Below, piece after piece: positions 1 through 9,141 of a DNA stretch of 39,043 nt. The translations under genes and the position numbers were made by a program. Position 1 is the stretch's first letter, and each line of letters begins with the position of its first letter. This DNA comes from an uncultured Gemmatimonadota bacterium (GTDB taxonomy: Bacteria; SM23-81; DAOVCL01), in the NCBI GenBank assembly GCA_964626665.1, contig CAZVGK010000030.1:1-39043 (forward strand). The letters run 5' to 3'. The notes under the pieces are model-generated. The model ran no database searches, was not told where the DNA came from, and saw only the letters and a list, made by a program, of their open reading frames with translations.

Positions 1-1326
1 AGCGGCGGTAGCTCAGATACCCTGACAGTTATTGAGGAGAACATCATTGAGGGAAATGAGGCCGTGTGTGGAGGGGGAATTTCTGTGGTGTGCAATGTGC
101 CCAAGATAAGGAATAACACCATCAGAGGTAACAGGGTATTCAACCAAGGTGGAGGTCTTCAAGTGGCTATAACTTCAGCTACCGTTTCCAACAACCAAAT
201 TGTGGAAAATGTATCGGATACGGTAGGCGGGGGAGTTTTCACCTACTTCTGTAGTCGATCATCACCCACCTTCGTCAACAATTTGATAGCAGACAACAGC
301 GCCCTGGCAGGGGGTGGGTTTTTCCTCTATGGCTCCACAGCGGTGATTACCAACAACACGATTTGCTATAACCGGGCATATGAGAGGGGAGGGGGAATAT
401 ACGACTACTGGGCAGGAGCTACCATAGCAAACAACATCATTGTGGAAAGCAGGAATGGTGAGGGCATCTTGGCTATAGAGAAGGCCCCCCCAATAATCTT
501 CTACAACGATGTCTGGGGGAATGCCGATGGGAACTATTCAGGTTGCCAACCAGGGGAGGGGGACATAAGCTTGGACCCTCTGTTTGCCGATACCTCCCTG
601 GGGGACTATCACCTGTTGGTCAACTCTCCCTGTATTGACAGGGGGGATACAGCCTGGGGGTTCAGGGATCCGGACAGCTCCCGGAATGACATCGGGGCCT
701 ATGGTGGCCCGAGGGCTGATATGGCCCGTCCGGAATATCCCAGGGGGATAAAAGCTGGTGCTGGAGACAGCATAGTGAGTTTGAGCTGGAGCCCAAATCC
801 TGAGCCAGACATCTGGTGGTATGCCGTTTATCGGGGCGACTGCAGTGGTTTCTTCCCCTCTGAGTCCACCCTCATTGCCCAGGTAGAGGGAGACCCTGCC
901 TGGGTGGATAGCCAGGTTATTATGGGGAAGACCTACTACTATCGGGTATCGGCGGTAAACAGCAAGGGCTATGGCAGTGGGTATTCTCAGGAGGTGGAGG
1001 GAAAGACGGGGGTGAAGGGGAGGGAGGAGGAAAGGTGGCCCACTAAGTTCAGCTTGGGGCAGAATTACCCCAACCCCTTCAACGCCAACACAGTTATCAG
1101 TTATCAGTTGTCAGTGGTCAGACCGCTCCACACCACCCTCAAAATCTACAACATCTTGGGGCAGGAGATAAAGACATTAGTGGATAAGGAGCAAGCACCT
1201 GGATATTACAGTGTCTTATGGGATGGGACAAACCAGAAAGGGAATGAGCTTCCTTCAGGAGTCTACCTTTATCGGCTTAAGGCAGGGAGATTCAATCAAA
1301 CAAGGAAGATGTTGCTCATTAGATAG
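1..1326 (+). CDS. Secreted right-handed beta-helix protein with FN3-like domain and C-terminal FlgD-Ig/T9SS type-A-like sorting domain (5'-truncated by window)
   Basis: Frame is open from base 1 (SGGSSDTLTVIEENIIEGN...). Repeated 'NNxIxxN...GGG' beta-helix turns; 'DYHLLVNSPCIDRG...DIGAYGG' cap; FN3 'VSLSWSPN...YYYRVSAVN'; CTD 'QNYPNPFN...KMLLIR'. Confidence 0.85.
   Translation, partial: SGGSSDTLTVIEENIIEGNEAVCGGGISVVCNVPKIRNNTIRGNRVFNQGGGLQVAITSATVSNNQIVENVSDTVGGGVFTYFCSRSSPTFVNNLIADNSALAGGGFFLYGSTAVITNNTICYNRAYERGGGIYDYWAGATIANNIIVESRNGEGILAIEKAPPIIFYNDVWGNADGNYSGCQPGEGDISLDPLFADTSLGDYHLLVNSPCIDRGDTAWGFRDPDSSRNDIGAYGGPRADMARPEYPRGIKAGAGDSIVSLSWSPNPEPDIWWYAVYRGDCSGFFPSESTLIAQVEGDPAWVDSQVIMGKTYYYRVSAVNSKGYGSGYSQEVEGKTGVKGREEERWPTKFSLGQNYPNPFNANTVISYQLSVVRPLHTTLKIYNILGQEIKTLVDKEQAPGYYSVLWDGTNQKGNELPSGVYLYRLKAGRFNQTRKMLLIR
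1091..1121 (+). repeat. CAGNNNT heptamer array within CTD coding sequence
   Basis: cagttat-cagttat-cagttgt-cagtggt-cag. Confidence 0.75.
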
Positions 1327-1433
1327 AGATGATAGACGAGAGACGAAAATCGAAAATCAGAAAATGGTGAAGGCTGAGATGAGTATTGGGTTCGTAGGTT
1401 GTCTATCGTAGATCGGAGAACCTAACACCAGGG

Positions 1434-1816
1434 GAGGCGTCAGAATCGGGGTTCTGACGCCTCTGGAGGAGGGATCAGGGGGGCTGTCAGGGCAGGAGCC
1501 CTGACAACACAAGAGATCTAAAGAGGTTAAGATAAAAAAGAGGTTACCAGTTGCCAGCCCAACAAGCAAGACAACTGATAACCCCCGCGGCACAGAAAGG
1601 GTGGGAGAACTCCCTTTCTTATGCCTATTTTAAATATAGGCAGAAATGAGAAATAAGGCAAGCTTTTTTTGGGGAGAGACCACGGATGGATATGGATACA
1701 ACCAAAAAGAGAAAGAGGGATGGAACCTGGGGCCTGATAAATCGAACCCGCAAGACGGGTCGGATGAATCCGACCCCTACAGAGAAGGGACTGACAGGGC
1801 AAAGCCCTGACAGCAC
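1434..1816. repeat. Intergenic cluster of REP-like hairpins
   Basis: gaggcgtcagaa-tcgggg-ttctgacgcctc (1434-1463); tgtcagggc-agga-gccctgaca (1485-1506); gggtcggat-ga-atccgacccctac (1757-1780); ctgacagggc-aaa-gccctgacagcac (1791-1816). Each family recurs elsewhere in the window. Confidence 0.85.
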
Positions 1817-1900
1817 AAAAGGAAAGGAGGTGAAAGATGGAACAGCCTTTGCAACTGTTCGTTGGTTTTTAACCGTAAACCTTTAACAGAAGGTGGAAAA

Positions 1901-4900
1901 ATGCGACGAGTAGTAGCATTATTTGCGATCCTTGCCTTTCTGGGGATACTGGTGCCGGTTACGGCATCGGCCTTTGTCGCCCCAGAGGAAGGGCAGGTGA
2001 TCAACCCTATGCCACCAGTGGTTATGCATCCAGAGGTGCAGAAACAGCTTGGTCAGTTGCCGGAGTGGCAGGGGTTTATCTCCCAGGATCAGGGGAACTA
2101 CTTCAAGATAAGGTGGAATGAGCTAACCCAAACTCCTCATAATGTTGTCTGCTCCGGGGCGCAACTGCCTCTGCCCCTGAATGAGGGGAATATAGAGCAG
2201 AAGACCAGGGAGTTCATCTCCAGCTATAGCGGGCTTCTGAAGGTCACTCCAGAGGATCTGAGTCTCTTGCGGGCAATAAAGAGGGATGACAACTGGTATG
2301 TCTGCTACCGGCAGGAAAAGGATGGGATTCCGGTGATTTCTGGTCTGGTGAGGCTAACCATAAACCGCTATGGGAAGGTGATCCAGTTTGGCTCCGATGC
2401 CTATCCTGACAGCGGAATATCTACTACTCCTCTGCTTTCAGAAGATGAAGCAGAACAGATAGCCGAGGAGGCGGTGGGCTTCGATCCGGCTAAGGATCAG
2501 GTGATAGGGTGCTCAACAACGATATTCCCCTATCGATCTGATACCACGGTGACCACCCACCTCACCTGGGAGGTGAAGCTATCCATTGAGGAGCCTCCCG
2601 GGGAGTGGCTGGTTTATGTGGATGCCCACAGTGGGGATGTGGTCTATGGCTTCAACAGCATCGATTTCTTCGGCGACCGCATCTGGGGCTATGTTTCGGG
2701 GAATATCTACCCCCACCATCCAGCGGATTCTACAGAAACGATGCGATTCCCTTTGGAAAAAGTGAAGGTCTATACTGATCCGCCGGAGAGCACCTATACC
2801 AACTGGAGTGGCTATTACAGCCTGGATGTTCCCGATGTAGGGCCATATCTGTTAGAGTCCAGGCTGGAGGGCCAGCATCTGGTGGTGAAGGTTCATCCCT
2901 ATTGGGGGATACCCAATGCCCTGCACAGTGCCTGGGTCTATGCCGATGGGCCGCACAACTGGACCTGGGGGGAACAGGGGGACGAGCTGGATGATGAGGT
3001 GAATATGTATTACTGGGTGACCCAAATCTACGCTACTGTAAAGGGTGACATTGGAAGTCCACCCCGCTTTTTCTTTGACCTTATGGACTACTATGACCGT
3101 CCGATGTGGGCCACGGTAAGGGATCCCATTGGGGGGAATGCCTACTATAGACCCAGCACAGGGGACATCTACTTTGGGGCAGGCGACCCTGCGCATGGTA
3201 TTCAGAATCTCTCCTTAGACAACGATGTCATCTTCCATGAATATGGCCATGCCATTGTCCATCATATCCAGGCTATGCTCATCTCTCGCACCTGGCAATG
3301 GGATGCTATGCACGAGGGGTTTGCCGACTACTGGGCAGCCATTATGAACGATGATCCCCTGATGGGTGAAGGGGTCTTCTCTAATCCGTCATACTGGAGA
3401 AACCTGGTAAATAGCCTCAGGTATCCGGATGACTTCATCTACCAGCCTCATCACGATGGCCAGATCATCAGCGGTGCCCTGTGGGATTTGAGGGAGAACC
3501 TTGGGGGGACTTTTACCGACGGGCTCTTCTTTGAGGCCCTCTTTGGCATCCCGATGTATTTCTCTGACTACCTGGATCAGATACTCATCGCCGATGATCT
3601 CTTCTATGGGGATGCCGATCCCTCAAATGGTAGCCCTCACCAGGATGATATTCTGCACGCCTTCTCTGACAATCACGGGATAATCCCCTCTCCGGAAGGG
3701 GTCTCCGGCCACCTCACAGCCAACACCACCTGGGAGGATAGCCTCAGGTTGGTGGGGCCGGTAGTCGTTGATTCTGGGGTCTCGCTGACCATCTCCCCAG
3801 GGGCCAGGGTGAACGCAGATTCCTGGGTTACCCTGAAGGTGGAGGGAACCCTGAAGGCCCAGGGAACGGTGACCAATTGGATAGACATTACCTCAGATGA
3901 GGGAGGATGGTTTCAGATATGGTTTACCGAGGATGCCAGTGACTCTTCTATCTTTAGCTACTGCAACATTCAGAATGGCAATTATGGCATCTACGGGAAC
4001 CAGAAGGCTATGACCATCACCCATTGCCATATCTGGAATATCCCCCATGGGGCCATTGTATTGACCAACTCTGAGGGAACCTATGATGTGAGCCACAACT
4101 ACATCCACTCCTGTGGGACCGGAATCTCCATCTCTGGCTCAGGGATAGTTGAGTCAAATAATGTCTACTCCTGTGCAGTGGGGGCTGATCTGGAGGGGAC
4201 CAATCTGGAGCTGAGGGATAACTGGTTTAAAAACAACAGCGAATGCGGTGTTTATATGACCGATTGCGATTCAAGTTGCATTGTATCCGGTAATGAATTT
4301 CACAACAATGATGTTGGAATGGGATTATATAATTCCTCGCCCCTCATCTCCCAGACCAAAATCAAGAATAGCGGTTATACCGGGATCTGGTGCGAGGAAG
4401 CATCCTCTCCCCGGATAACTGGTAACAGCACAATCTTCAAAAGTGGCACCTATGGGATTATCTGTCTGTTTGGCTCCTCGCCGATGATTACTCAATGCGA
4501 TATTGACAGCAACGGGGTGTGGGGGATCTACAACTCTGATAGCATGGTGACCGTTCACGCAGAGAGCTGCTGGTGGGGAGCCACAAGTGGGCCTTATGAC
4601 CAGAGTGAAGGGCCACCGGACTACAACCCTGAAGGGACAGGGGATAAGGTCACCGACTGGGTGGCCTACCGCCCCTGGTCAGAGGGGCCACTGGGAGTTG
4701 AAGAACCTCTCTCTGAAAAGTCCCTGCCTCAAGGCTTTGTGCTCTCCCAGAACTACCCCAACCCATTTAACCCGGTAACCCAGATCAAGTATGCCCTGCC
4801 AAAGGATTGCTGGGTGAGGCTGGAGGTTTACAACATCCTGGGTCAAAAGGTGGCAAGATTGGCGGATGGGAGGCAAAAAGCTGGATACAAGACGGTAAGA

Positions 4901-4993
4901 TGGGAAGCCAAAGGGGTGGCTTCTGGGGTCTATATTTACCGACTCCAGGCTGGAGGTTTTGTAGAGACCAAGAGGATGATCCTTCTCCGTTAG
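1901..4993 (+). CDS. Secreted M4/M36 (thermolysin/fungalysin-like) zinc metallopeptidase with FTP/PepSY-like propeptide, beta-helix region and T9SS type-A-like CTD
   Basis: Signal peptide after ATG 1901 (SD-like AAGGTGG); PepSY-like 'WLVYVDAHSGDVV'; HEXXH 'FHEYGH'; third ligand 'MHEGFADY'; 'HHDGQIISGALW'; NosD-like repeats; 'QNYPNPFN...KRMILLR'. Confidence 0.88.
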   Translation: MRRVVALFAILAFLGILVPVTASAFVAPEEGQVINPMPPVVMHPEVQKQLGQLPEWQGFISQDQGNYFKIRWNELTQTPHNVVCSGAQLPLPLNEGNIEQKTREFISSYSGLLKVTPEDLSLLRAIKRDDNWYVCYRQEKDGIPVISGLVRLTINRYGKVIQFGSDAYPDSGISTTPLLSEDEAEQIAEEAVGFDPAKDQVIGCSTTIFPYRSDTTVTTHLTWEVKLSIEEPPGEWLVYVDAHSGDVVYGFNSIDFFGDRIWGYVSGNIYPHHPADSTETMRFPLEKVKVYTDPPESTYTNWSGYYSLDVPDVGPYLLESRLEGQHLVVKVHPYWGIPNALHSAWVYADGPHNWTWGEQGDELDDEVNMYYWVTQIYATVKGDIGSPPRFFFDLMDYYDRPMWATVRDPIGGNAYYRPSTGDIYFGAGDPAHGIQNLSLDNDVIFHEYGHAIVHHIQAMLISRTWQWDAMHEGFADYWAAIMNDDPLMGEGVFSNPSYWRNLVNSLRYPDDFIYQPHHDGQIISGALWDLRENLGGTFTDGLFFEALFGIPMYFSDYLDQILIADDLFYGDADPSNGSPHQDDILHAFSDNHGIIPSPEGVSGHLTANTTWEDSLRLVGPVVVDSGVSLTISPGARVNADSWVTLKVEGTLKAQGTVTNWIDITSDEGGWFQIWFTEDASDSSIFSYCNIQNGNYGIYGNQKAMTITHCHIWNIPHGAIVLTNSEGTYDVSHNYIHSCGTGISISGSGIVESNNVYSCAVGADLEGTNLELRDNWFKNNSECGVYMTDCDSSCIVSGNEFHNNDVGMGLYNSSPLISQTKIKNSGYTGIWCEEASSPRITGNSTIFKSGTYGIICLFGSSPMITQCDIDSNGVWGIYNSDSMVTVHAESCWWGATSGPYDQSEGPPDYNPEGTGDKVTDWVAYRPWSEGPLGVEEPLSEKSLPQGFVLSQNYPNPFNPVTQIKYALPKDCWVRLEVYNILGQKVARLADGRQKAGYKTVRWEAKGVASGVYIYRLQAGGFVETKRMILLR

Positions 4994-5020
4994 ATTTGTT
5001 AAGCATAGGTTGATCTTCTT

Positions 5021-5055
5021 AAACTGCCGAGGGGTAAACCCTTCGGCAGTTTTTT
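5021..5055 (+). terminator. Rho-independent terminator
   Basis: aaactgccgagggg-taaa-cccttcggcagttt stem-loop with T-run, 28 bp after the metalloprotease stop. Confidence 0.85.
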
Positions 5056-5170
5056 ATTAACCACCCCCCTAAGGAAGAGTGTATCATTTTCCTCTTGAAG
5101 ACTTCCTGAAGCAGTTTCCTGATTATGCCAACCCTGCGGCGTTCCCCCCTTCTTAATGGGTAAAAAAGCC

Positions 5171-5199
5171 TTGACTCCGTGGGGAGAATCTGTTATTAA
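5171..5199 (+). promoter_or_regulatory. Putative sigma70 promoter for the ABC operon
   Basis: TTGACT-N17-TATTAA with extended -10 TG and an A-rich upstream tract. Confidence 0.5.
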
Positions 5200-5210
5200 A
5201 GGCAATGTGA

Positions 5211-5357
5211 CAGTTGGCAGGGATCAGGAAACAACTTTCAGAGATCAGTTGTCAGGGATCGGGGATTCGGAAAACTGGAATTCTTATACAGCTCTTAAAG
5301 ATCAGCTTCCAGGGATTAAGGGGACACCTGATAGCTGGCTGCTGACCCCTGACCTCC
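5211..5357. repeat. Heptamer arrays in inverted arrangement
   Basis: Forward arm cagttgg-cagggat-cagg...cagagat-cagttgt-cagggat; reverse arm ctgatag-ctggctg-ctgaccc-ctgacct. Confidence 0.7.
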
Positions 5358-5423
5358 GTGAGCTGTTCCCAGCCAAAGATGTTAGGGAACCCCCAGTAGG
5401 GATACCAAGGAGCTTGACTAAAT

Positions 5424-6374
5424 ATGGAAGTGCGTAGCAAAAGGAGTAAGCTCTCCCCTCTCTTTTATCTTCTGCCCGCTCTGGTAATCATCATTTCGTT
5501 TAGACTGTTGCCCATACTCTACTCCTTCTTCGTCAGCTTCTTTGAGTGGAAGATAAAAAGAGGGGGGTTTTTGTGCTTGGGTCAATACTGGGCCCTCATC
5601 CACGATCCCGTCTTCTGGAAGTCCCTCCTCAACACCGTATATTTCGTGATAGGGACTGTGCCTACCAGCCTTTTGCTCTCCCTCTTTTTTGCCGTTTTGC
5701 TCAATCAAAGGATAAGGGCAATGGGGGCTTACAGGACTACTTTTTTCCTCCCGGTGATCACCTCTATGGTGGCGGTCTCTATGGTCTGGAAATGGATCTA
5801 CCACCCCAGATTGGGATTGGCTAACTTCCTCCTTGGGTTGGTAGGCATAAAACCCTTGGGATGGTTAAATGAACCCACAGGAATCCTCAAACTTGCCAGT
5901 AGTGGGATTGGCCTCTCCATTCCCAAATGGCTGGGGGGACCCAGCCTGGCCCTGGTGAGCATCATCATAATGAGCGTCTGGAAAGGCTTGGGTTACAACA
6001 TAGTCCTCTTCTTAGCTGGCCTGCAGAACATCCCCAAGCAGCTCTATGAGGCCGCCCGCATAGATGGGGCAGGAAACTTTTGTTCCTTCAGGAGGATAAC
6101 CTGGCCCCTCCTTTCCCCGACGACATTCTTTGTGCTCCTAATGACCACCATCGTCTCCTTTCAAGTTTTCACCCAGATCTACCTGATGACCGGCCCGCCG
6201 GTGGGAGGACCCCAGGGGACCACCAAAGTGATCGTCTATTACCTATACGAAAGGGGATTTGTTACGTTTGACCGAGGTTACGCCAGCGCCATTGCCCTGG
6301 TGCTCTTTGTTATCATCCTCTCCCTGACCCTGTTGCAAAGGAAGCTGGTAGAGAGGAGGGTTCACTATGGTTAG
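5424..6374 (+). CDS. Carbohydrate (CUT1) ABC transporter permease, MalF/UgpA-like
   Basis: Multiple TM segments; 'FLAGLQNIPKQLYEAARIDGAG' EAA loop; SD AAGGAG upstream. Confidence 0.93.
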   Translation: MEVRSKRSKLSPLFYLLPALVIIISFRLLPILYSFFVSFFEWKIKRGGFLCLGQYWALIHDPVFWKSLLNTVYFVIGTVPTSLLLSLFFAVLLNQRIRAMGAYRTTFFLPVITSMVAVSMVWKWIYHPRLGLANFLLGLVGIKPLGWLNEPTGILKLASSGIGLSIPKWLGGPSLALVSIIIMSVWKGLGYNIVLFLAGLQNIPKQLYEAARIDGAGNFCSFRRITWPLLSPTTFFVLLMTTIVSFQVFTQIYLMTGPPVGGPQGTTKVIVYYLYERGFVTFDRGYASAIALVLFVIILSLTLLQRKLVERRVHYG

Positions 6375-6446
6375 CGAAGCTTCGCCTTCCCAGCCCGGGA
6401 CGGCAAACCGTCCAGCCGTGGCAGCATAAACTGGGCGAAGCTTCGC
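6374..6446. repeat. Small element bounded by two copies of the palindrome GCGAAGCTTCGC
   Basis: gcgaagcttcgc at 6374-6385 and 6435-6446, inner cccag/ctggg complementarity and internal hairpin ggacgg-caaa-ccgtcc. Confidence 0.7.
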
Positions 6447-6454
6447 ATGTAAAA

Positions 6455-6557
6455 TTCACCCTGTTAAATATTTGCTTGTTTCAAAAGGTTGAGTTCTTCT
6501 TCTAATTTTTGTTTCGCCTCTAATTTTTTGATTGGACTCACTATTTAACGGGGTGAA
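6455..6557. mobile_element. MITE-like element with 16-bp terminal inverted repeats
   Basis: ttcaccctgttaaata (6455-6470) and tatttaacggggtgaa (6542-6557), 15/16 complementary; AT-rich noncoding interior. Confidence 0.6.
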
Positions 6558-6837
6558 GAATGTAGAATTAAGAATGAAAAAACCTGAGGGCGAGGGGCCT
6601 GAGCCGAACTTAGCTCCCTTATGGTCGCTAACTTCTCCAGAGGGCCTCACCGGCCCTATGGCGCTCCGCAATCCTACACCTGCTCGGATTGCTCCGCTGT
6701 CACCCTTGAAGGGGGCATACCCCCTTCAAACAACCCCCACATTTCGGAATTTCTAAGAAATCCCGAAATGCTAAGCTCATTGTCTGCATCTTTCTTCCTG
6801 CCCCCAAAACTTGACACAAATTTTAAGAACTTGCTTT

Positions 6838-7668
6838 ATGAAGCCAGCTAAAGTTTCCTTAAGCAAATTACCCATCCACTTCCTCTTAATTGGTGGGGGG
6901 ATTGCGGCCATTACCCCTTTCCTCTGGATGATCTCCACTTCCCTCAAGCTCCCCCCAGAGGCCCTCAAATTTCCCCCCAGCCTCCTTCCCCATATCCCTC
7001 AGTGGTCAAACTATCTGGAGGCCTGGAGGGAGGCCCCTTTCGCTCGCTATTTCCTGAACACCATATTCGTCTCTGGATCAGTACTCGTCTCTGTCCTCTT
7101 CACCTCAGCGCTTGCTGCCTTTGCCTTCTCCTGGCTGGAGTTCAAGGGAAGGGAGGCCCTTTTCGTTGGCTTCCTCTCTATGATGATGGTGCCTATGGTC
7201 GTCTATCTTGTCCCCGCTTACATCATCCTCTACAAGCTAAAGTGGCTGGATACATACTGGGCTCTGATCATCCCCTGGGGGGCAAATGTCTTTAGCATCT
7301 TTCTCCTCCGCCAGCATTTCAAGACTATACCCCGAGATCTCTATGATGCGGCAATAATTGACGGCTGTAGCCCCTTTGGCTTCCTCTGGAGGGTTGTCCT
7401 CCCCCTCTCCAAAGCCGTGCTGGTTACGGTGGCTCTCTTTTCCCTCATCGGGAGCTGGAACAGCTTTATGTGGCCCCTGGTGGTCACCAATTCGGATAAG
7501 ATGCGGGTCATCCAGGTTGGTCTGGCCAACTTCTCCCAAGAGTCGGGGACGAGATGGACCCTGCTGATGGCCGCCTCCACTTTCTGTATAGCACCCCTCC
7601 TTCTGGCTTTCTTCTTTGCTCAGAAGAGGATAATATCAAGCTTTGCCCGTTCCGGGCTAAAAGGATAG
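6838..7668 (+). CDS. Carbohydrate (CUT1) ABC transporter permease, MalG/UgpE-like
   Basis: 'PFLWMISTSLK', EAA loop 'LYDAAIIDGCS', 'WNSFMWPLVV'. Start set at ATG 6838 (TTG 6811 is an alternative). Confidence 0.92.
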   Translation: MKPAKVSLSKLPIHFLLIGGGIAAITPFLWMISTSLKLPPEALKFPPSLLPHIPQWSNYLEAWREAPFARYFLNTIFVSGSVLVSVLFTSALAAFAFSWLEFKGREALFVGFLSMMMVPMVVYLVPAYIILYKLKWLDTYWALIIPWGANVFSIFLLRQHFKTIPRDLYDAAIIDGCSPFGFLWRVVLPLSKAVLVTVALFSLIGSWNSFMWPLVVTNSDKMRVIQVGLANFSQESGTRWTLLMAASTFCIAPLLLAFFFAQKRIISSFARSGLKG

Positions 7669-7677
7669 GAGGTATCG

Positions 7678-8970
7678 ATGTTTAAGAAATGGTTATTCCT
7701 CATACTCCTCGTGGCCATCCTTCCCTTGGTCAACTGTGGGAAGAGGCAAAAAGGGGGGAAGACAGAGGTTACCTTCTGGCATGCCATGGGTGGCCCTTTG
7801 GGGAAGGCCCTCAACGCACTGGTGGAGCAGTTTAACCAGGCCAATCCCCAGATCAACATCCAATCGGTGAGTATGGGCACCTATACGGCTTTAAGCCAAA
7901 AGATTATGGCCTCCATATCTGCTGGCAACCCACCCACCATTGCCCAGGTCTATGAGAATTGGACGATGGAATTGATCGCTGGAGGGGCCCTGGTACCCCT
8001 GCAGAGGTTTATAGAGAAGGATACAACCTTCGGCAGAGAGGACCTTGCCGATTTCTTCCCAGTCTTTCTGCAAGGAAATACCTACCAGGATACCCTCTGG
8101 ACATTCCCCTTTAACAAGGGCCTTCCCGCTCTCTATTACAACCGGGAGATGTTTCGGAAGGCCGGCCTTAACCCCAACTCATCCCCAAAAACCTGGCAGG
8201 AGTTTTTGGCCTATGCCCAGAAACTTACCCTGGATACCAACGGAGATGGCACCCCCGACCAGTGGGGAACGGCCTTTTCCATTCCCACCTGTATGGCCAT
8301 CTTCCAATCAAAGCTCCTGCAGGATGGAGGGGAGATCCTCGATTTGAGGCAAAACAAGGCCCTCTTTGCCAGCTCCATAGGGGCAAATGCCCTGAGGTTT
8401 CTGGTAGATCTGGTAAAAAGGCATAAGGTGGCTTACATTACCTCCGGGGCCTATGAACACCAGACGGACTTTGCTGCCCGTCGGGTAGCAATGATCCAGG
8501 GTCATATCGTCTCCCTTACCTATATGAAACCCCAACTCACCTTCACTCCAGGCATAGCCCCCATCCCCCAGGGGAAGAACAAGGCGGTAATGATCACCGG
8601 AACCAACATAGCCGTCTTCAAATCATCAACCCTTGCTCAGAGAGAGGCAGCCTGGCAGTTCATTAGATGGTTCACCGACACTCCGCAGACAGCCCAATGG
8701 TCAAAGGAGACAAACTATGTCCCGGTGCGCCGCTCGGCCCTGGAGACGCAGGCCTTGCAGGAGAAGTTCCAAAGCACCCCTGGCCTCAAGGAGACGATGC
8801 TGCAGATAGAATATGCGGTGGGCCAACCCAAGTGTGCCGCCTGGTATGAGGGGAGAAGGCACTTAGAGGAAGACGCCATCGAAGGGGCGATGCGGGGTTA
8901 TGTAAGCCCAAAGGAGGGCCTGAAAAAGGCTGCCCGCAAACTGGACCAGGAGTTGCAGAGGAAAAGGTAA
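7678..8970 (+). CDS. ABC transporter substrate-binding lipoprotein, UgpB/SBP_bac_1-like
   Basis: Lipobox-like 'LVNC'; 'EVTFWHAMGG', 'LYYNREMFRKAGL', 'PKTWQE'; SD AGGAGG. Confidence 0.92.
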   Translation: MFKKWLFLILLVAILPLVNCGKRQKGGKTEVTFWHAMGGPLGKALNALVEQFNQANPQINIQSVSMGTYTALSQKIMASISAGNPPTIAQVYENWTMELIAGGALVPLQRFIEKDTTFGREDLADFFPVFLQGNTYQDTLWTFPFNKGLPALYYNREMFRKAGLNPNSSPKTWQEFLAYAQKLTLDTNGDGTPDQWGTAFSIPTCMAIFQSKLLQDGGEILDLRQNKALFASSIGANALRFLVDLVKRHKVAYITSGAYEHQTDFAARRVAMIQGHIVSLTYMKPQLTFTPGIAPIPQGKNKAVMITGTNIAVFKSSTLAQREAAWQFIRWFTDTPQTAQWSKETNYVPVRRSALETQALQEKFQSTPGLKETMLQIEYAVGQPKCAAWYEGRRHLEEDAIEGAMRGYVSPKEGLKKAARKLDQELQRKR

Positions 8971-9141
8971 ATTTGTTAGCCTCTTACAGTTTTGACTATG
9001 CGACAGTTTGATAGGGACCAAGCATATCCAATCTCCCTCTTTAAGGCTTGTTCTCATCGGAAAAATTTCTGATATTCTGCTTGACAGAGCAAATAAAATA
9101 AGCTTCCTTGTTGGAAAGAAAACCATAATTTGGAGGGAATA

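Noticed and set aside
1211-1886. Short ORFs in repeat-rich spacers (also 5156-5437, 6456-6851, 18380-18568, 24460-24660, 29815-30219, 30627-30812)
   Set aside because: They translate palindromic or heptamer repeats and lack convincing RBS or protein features.
6398-6420. c-di-GMP-I riboswitch suggested by GGCAAACC
   Set aside because: Lacks the GAAA-capped P2 and P3 architecture; it is a simple hairpin inside a palindrome-bounded element.
9081-9110. Sigma70 promoter for the LTD gene (TTGACA at 9081)
   Set aside because: No acceptable -10 hexamer at 16-18 bp spacing.
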